From Nanobdellati archaeon (GTDB lineage: Archaea; B1Sed10-29; WALL01; WAMD01), in assembly GCA_015522495.1 (NCBI GenBank), contig WAMD01000010.1:1-30020 (forward strand): a stretch of 30,020 bases of DNA, in the 5' to 3' direction. Position numbers and translations under genes: made by a program. This document shows positions 26,523 through 30,020 of this stretch, in pieces (position 1 is the first letter of the stretch; every line of letters begins with the position of its first letter). Under the pieces are notes generated by a model. It made no database searches. It saw only the letters and a list, made by a program, of their open reading frames with translations, and was not told the origin of the DNA.

Positions 26523-27539
26523 TTAGCTAATCCTATACCCAAGCCTCCTCAACGCCTGAATCTCTTCCTTTCTCCCTAGCTTTGCCATCTCAACAGCTTC
26601 CCTCAGCGTCAGCGTGGCCTCGTCCATCGCCTTCCTGTCTACTGGGAAAGGCACACCGTCCTTTCCACCAACTGCGAATGCATACCTTATCGGATCCTTG
26701 TAACTGGGCGGCTTCCCGAAGACGACATCTGAGATTAAGGCAAGTGCTCTCAGAGTGGACGGTCCAACTCCCTTAACTAGGAGGAGCTCCTCGAAGTTCC
26801 TGGGCTGGATCTCGTAGACCTCCTTCAAAGCGCTCCAGTTGGCCCTCTTAGGCATTTCAAGCCTAGCCCCAAGTTCTGGCATCTCTAGCTTTGGCCTTTC
26901 CCTAGCTAGGTTTAGCACTGTTTCCCTAGCCCCCTCAGATTCACTGGACGCTAGGTTCATGACCTTGTTTTCCACCTTCTGACCTGCAACCAGCTGGGGG
27001 TCGTTCAGGAAGTCGTCTGCATTGAACCAGTGGTACCTCCTGGCCCATCTGGAATTCATGCCCTGCTGGATCACAGTCCAATTACCTTTCTCGTCGAAGG
27101 CCAAGGTGTGGTGGTATAGCTGGTATCCGTCCTGGACGCATGCGTTGTCAACCTTGGCAACTAGTCTGCTGGCCCTGACTAGCTCCTTCAATCGCCTAGT
27201 CCCTAGCCCTAGCTGGTCTCCTAGCTTAACTATCTCATCTGGCGTCTTCCTGCTAGCTCTCCCCTTCCCACCAGCCACGACCAGGCCTAGCTCTGGGCCT
27301 AGAGCGGCTTTCAAAGCACCCATTGTTACGGTGGTTGTCCCAGATGAGTGCCAGTCAAATCCCAGGACTAGGGAAAGGCTCTGGAACCAGTAGGGGTGGG
27401 CTAGCCTCCTCAACAGCTCTTCCGTCCCGTACTCGTTTACTATGACCTCTGATATTGCTTTCCCTAGCTTTACCATCTTTCCAAACAGCCATGGTGGTGC
27501 ATGTCCTGTATGCAGTGGAAGGTCTGCTGTCCCTCTCAT
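26523..27539 (-). CDS. DUF763 family protein
   Basis: ADLPLHTGHAPPWL, GFDWHSSGTTT, DGYQLYHH, WTVIQQGMN, HhH-like LLLVKGVGPSTLRALAL and FAVGGKDGVPFPVD. Start placed at ATG 27539 (MRGTAD). Confidence 0.88.
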   Translation of the reverse strand: MRGTADLPLHTGHAPPWLFGKMVKLGKAISEVIVNEYGTEELLRRLAHPYWFQSLSLVLGFDWHSSGTTTVTMGALKAALGPELGLVVAGGKGRASRKTPDEIVKLGDQLGLGTRRLKELVRASRLVAKVDNACVQDGYQLYHHTLAFDEKGNWTVIQQGMNSRWARRYHWFNADDFLNDPQLVAGQKVENKVMNLASSESEGARETVLNLARERPKLEMPELGARLEMPKRANWSALKEVYEIQPRNFEELLLVKGVGPSTLRALALISDVVFGKPPSYKDPIRYAFAVGGKDGVPFPVDRKAMDEATLTLREAVEMAKLGRKEEIQALRRLGYRIS

Positions 27540-27591
27540 ATTCTCACAATATGTTTTTAACACAGAATTCAATAAACCTATCGGTGATTCT

Positions 27592-27819
27592 ATGAAGGTG
27601 GATGTGGTCGTTGAAGAGGATGAGGAAGGAGGGTATGTTGTCTATGTTCCTGTGCTTCCTGGTTGCCACTCCCAAGGGGATACTCTAGATGAGGCTTTGG
27701 CAAACATAAAAGAGGCAATAGAACTTTACTTAGATGTCCTAGATCCGGATGAGAAGGAGGCAGCGTTGTACGCCATCTCCCACGTCAGAGGAATGAAAAG
27801 GGTGGAAGTCAATGCCTAA
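27592..27819 (+). CDS. hicB: HicB-family antitoxin (short, no DNA-binding C-domain)
   Basis: EEDEEGGYVVYVPVLPGCHSQGDTLDEALANIKEAIELYL. ATG 27592 follows GGTGA. Confidence 0.9.
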   Translation: MKVDVVVEEDEEGGYVVYVPVLPGCHSQGDTLDEALANIKEAIELYLDVLDPDEKEAALYAISHVRGMKRVEVNA

Positions 27820-28039
27820 GATAAAACCGATGCACAGCAAAGCGTTAATTGAAATTCTAGAAAAATTGGGTTTCAAAACCATAAGGCAGAAGGGATCCCA
27901 TCTGATAATGAGAAAGGATGGGCATATTGTAGTTGTCCCTGTCCATGAAAAACCTTTAAAACCTGGATTGATTCATGCTATATTGAGGGAAGTAAAGGTA
28001 CCCAGGTCTGAATTCATGCATATGGTAGGTGAGGTATGA
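27812..28039 (+). CDS. hicA: HicA-family toxin (mRNA interferase)
   Basis: LEKLGF...RQKGSHLIM...VVVPVH...GLIHAIL. Overlaps the hicB stop. Confidence 0.92.
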   Translation: MPKIKPMHSKALIEILEKLGFKTIRQKGSHLIMRKDGHIVVVPVHEKPLKPGLIHAILREVKVPRSEFMHMVGEV

Positions 28040-28305
28040 TGTGGTTGGATGTTGCTAGGAATTTGGATGCTAAGATGAGGAGATATGTGGCTGAGCGCAA
28101 TTTGAGGTATGGTGTATTCCTTGTTTTCTCAGGGATTTTGTGGGCTGCCCAGGTAGAAGGGTACATAGAATTTCAGCTTCTCATGCCAGGGCTCTTAGGG
28201 TTGGCAGGCCTCCTTATGATTGCAGAAGGGTTTGCAATGGAAAAGGTCAAGTTTAAGCAGAGGAAATTGACCAGTGTAAAGAAGAGAAAAAAGAGGAAAA
28301 GATAG
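28036..28305 (+). CDS. Small two-helix membrane protein with very basic C-terminus
   Basis: Two hydrophobic segments and the tail KKRKKRKR. ATGA overlap with the hicA stop, with GAGGT upstream. Confidence 0.65.
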   Translation: MMWLDVARNLDAKMRRYVAERNLRYGVFLVFSGILWAAQVEGYIEFQLLMPGLLGLAGLLMIAEGFAMEKVKFKQRKLTSVKKRKKRKR

Positions 28306-28482
28306 CAGTTTTCAATTATCATAAGCCCATACTTGAATTTACGATATTAATTGGATTAGTTAACGGCCCATCCTACCCAATATTTTTAAACTTCTTCTCG
28401 ATTAATCTAACGAAAATCATTTAAAGAAGTATATTTAGAAAGTATTGTAACCCGTTAGTGGTTACGTTTAGGGGGATTGAGA

Positions 28483-30020
28483 ATGCCGTTATTCAAAAGA
28501 GCAAAAAAAGCTACAATGGGAGGCATGTTAAGAGACATGGCAAAACAAAGATGGAAAGCCATGAAGTCTGCCTACAGGAGAGGTGATATACTCTATTCTG
28601 ATTATCTTGCAGAGAAGGAGAGATGGAAGAGGGCAAAGCTGACGGCTAAGAAGCTGAAGGCGTGGGAGAGGCCGAGCGCGGTTACTAGGGCTTTAGATGC
28701 TATCATAGGGAAACCCCACCAGGTTGAGGTCAGCGGTGAGGCCTTGAAAAAGATAATTGAGAGGCAGTTTGGTGAGCAATTGAATATCCCTGCCCCTGCT
28801 AGGGTGAGTGTTAGGTACTTCCCAGGTTTTACTAGGATGAGTGATATCGAGGCTGGAGTGCTGAAGGCGTTGCGTGACATGGGTGCGCAGTTTAACAAAC
28901 CCTGGGAGGAGGGCGTTTCGTGGAAGAGGGGTTCACTTCTAATGTCTGAGAACGCCCGCCAGATAATGGAGGGCTTACAGAACGTTGACTTTGACCAGCT
29001 GGCCAGGGAAGTTGAGAGGGGCATGGAACCAGCCCAGCCTCAGCCACAAAAGCAGCCAAGACAACCTGCTGAGGGAGTAGTTCAACCCCAGTTTAGTGAA
29101 GTAGATGTTGAAGAGATAGTGAGGAGGGTTATGAATGAGATGGCGAGTAGGGGTCCGGGTATGGTGCAAGCCACAAATGTTAGTGTTAGTGCTCCACCCA
29201 GGCCTGAAGACGAAACAACTAGGGCGTTGGTTGATGTACTCAGGAGATTAGCTGCTAGTGGAGAACGCAATGAACTTGCTAATAGATTGAATTACCTAGC
29301 TGAACAGATAGAGAAAGGGGAGGTTAAAGTAAGTACTCCTATATCCTCAGAGGAATTAACAAAGAAGGTGGAGGAGACTAGAGTACCAAGTATAGACAGA
29401 GATGAGTTGCTTAAAGAAATAGATGATATAATAGGTAAATTACGACATAACATAAGGCGGAGCGTAAAACATAAGGATATTCCAGATGCTATAAAAGGCA
29501 CGTATTTTGTTCATAATAGGCTTGGAGAAAAGAAGAATTTATTAGCTTTGTTAACAGCAATGGGGGATATTGATAAGGTTCACACTAGTTTTGATAACAT
29601 TGCTAGGAAATTGAACAGTGGTATGCCAGTTCCCATAAAGTTTGGAGATGGTAGAATAATTTTGCCTAGTTCTATCGTAGATGAGATCGCGAGAAGGCAC
29701 TACAACTACAATAAGAAACCAGGAGCTTTGAGTTGGGAAAAGCTTACCCCAAAGGAGAGGGAAAAGAAGATTGAAGAAGTTTATGATGCTGCAAAAAATC
29801 AAAAATTTGAGGATTTTTTGAAAGGATTGTTTGGTGAAGACGAAATAAGTAAAATCAAAAATGTTGCAAAGAAAAAGAAGTGGACTGTTAATGAGCATGA
29901 AGAGGATTTAAAGAGTTTACTCAGCTTGTTAAACGATCTTAAAGAGAAAGTAGAATCTGGAAAGATAGACTTAAGTATAATAGGAGTTAAACCAGGGGCG
30001 CCAGCTCCAGCACCAGGAGC
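28483..30020 (+). CDS. Large hypothetical protein, partial (runs off the window end; absent from the ORF track)
   Basis: Hand translation from ATG 28483 (after GGGGGA) is stop-free for 512 codons: MPLFKRAKKATMGGMLRDMAKQRW...GVKPGAPAPAPG. Confidence 0.85.
   Translation, partial: MPLFKRAKKATMGGMLRDMAKQRWKAMKSAYRRGDILYSDYLAEKERWKRAKLTAKKLKAWERPSAVTRALDAIIGKPHQVEVSGEALKKIIERQFGEQLNIPAPARVSVRYFPGFTRMSDIEAGVLKALRDMGAQFNKPWEEGVSWKRGSLLMSENARQIMEGLQNVDFDQLAREVERGMEPAQPQPQKQPRQPAEGVVQPQFSEVDVEEIVRRVMNEMASRGPGMVQATNVSVSAPPRPEDETTRALVDVLRRLAASGERNELANRLNYLAEQIEKGEVKVSTPISSEELTKKVEETRVPSIDRDELLKEIDDIIGKLRHNIRRSVKHKDIPDAIKGTYFVHNRLGEKKNLLALLTAMGDIDKVHTSFDNIARKLNSGMPVPIKFGDGRIILPSSIVDEIARRHYNYNKKPGALSWEKLTPKEREKKIEEVYDAAKNQKFEDFLKGLFGEDEISKIKNVAKKKKWTVNEHEEDLKSLLSLLNDLKEKVESGKIDLSIIGVKPGAPAPAPG

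Noticed and set aside
27442-27591. 50 aa N-terminal extension on HicB
   Set aside because: It overlaps the DUF763 start on the other strand; the HicB fold begins at ATG 27592, which has a GGTGA site.
24020-28305. Integrated mobile element or defence island around hicBA
   Set aside because: No integrase, transposase, tRNA target or flanking direct repeats were seen; only a compositional hint remains, reported separately.
28306-28482. tRNA, structured ncRNA or CRISPR leader in the longest intergenic region
   Set aside because: Very AT-rich, with no cloverleaf, no repeat-spacer pattern and only a 6-bp stem; best read as promoter DNA. No such RNA genes or arrays were seen in other spacers either.

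Overview
Gene-dense archaeal chromosomal segment with about 38 CDS, very short intergenic spacers and several overlapping convergent gene ends. A DPANN-type, probably thermophilic archaeon is inferred from shortened Nmd3 and Rqc2, a double Lrp/AsnC regulator, tiny class III pilins and K/E-rich proteins; no marker gene in the window fixes the taxonomy. Recognisable core genes are topA, radB, cdc48, ychF, mre11, a beta-CASP nuclease, nmd3 and an EndoIII-like protein. The most notable items are: (1) a methyltransferase matching eukaryotic Bud23/WBSCR22 (18S rRNA m7G) along its whole catalytic domain; (2) two convergent operons of seven pilin-like genes, three preceded by the same purine-rich leader, two copies of which form a perfect 14-bp inverted repeat ending at start codons; (3) an apparently intact tetraether lipid synthase (Tes/GDGT-MAS); (4) two tandem processive GT2 synthases divergent from a thioredoxin-like protein without CxxC and a membrane protein; (5) hicB-hicA coupled to a third small membrane gene; (6) an orphan ORF of at least 512 codons (28483 to window end) that is missing from the ORF track. 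No rRNA, tRNA, CRISPR array, integrase or transposase was seen. All family assignments come from motifs read by eye and remembered family sequences; no searches were run.
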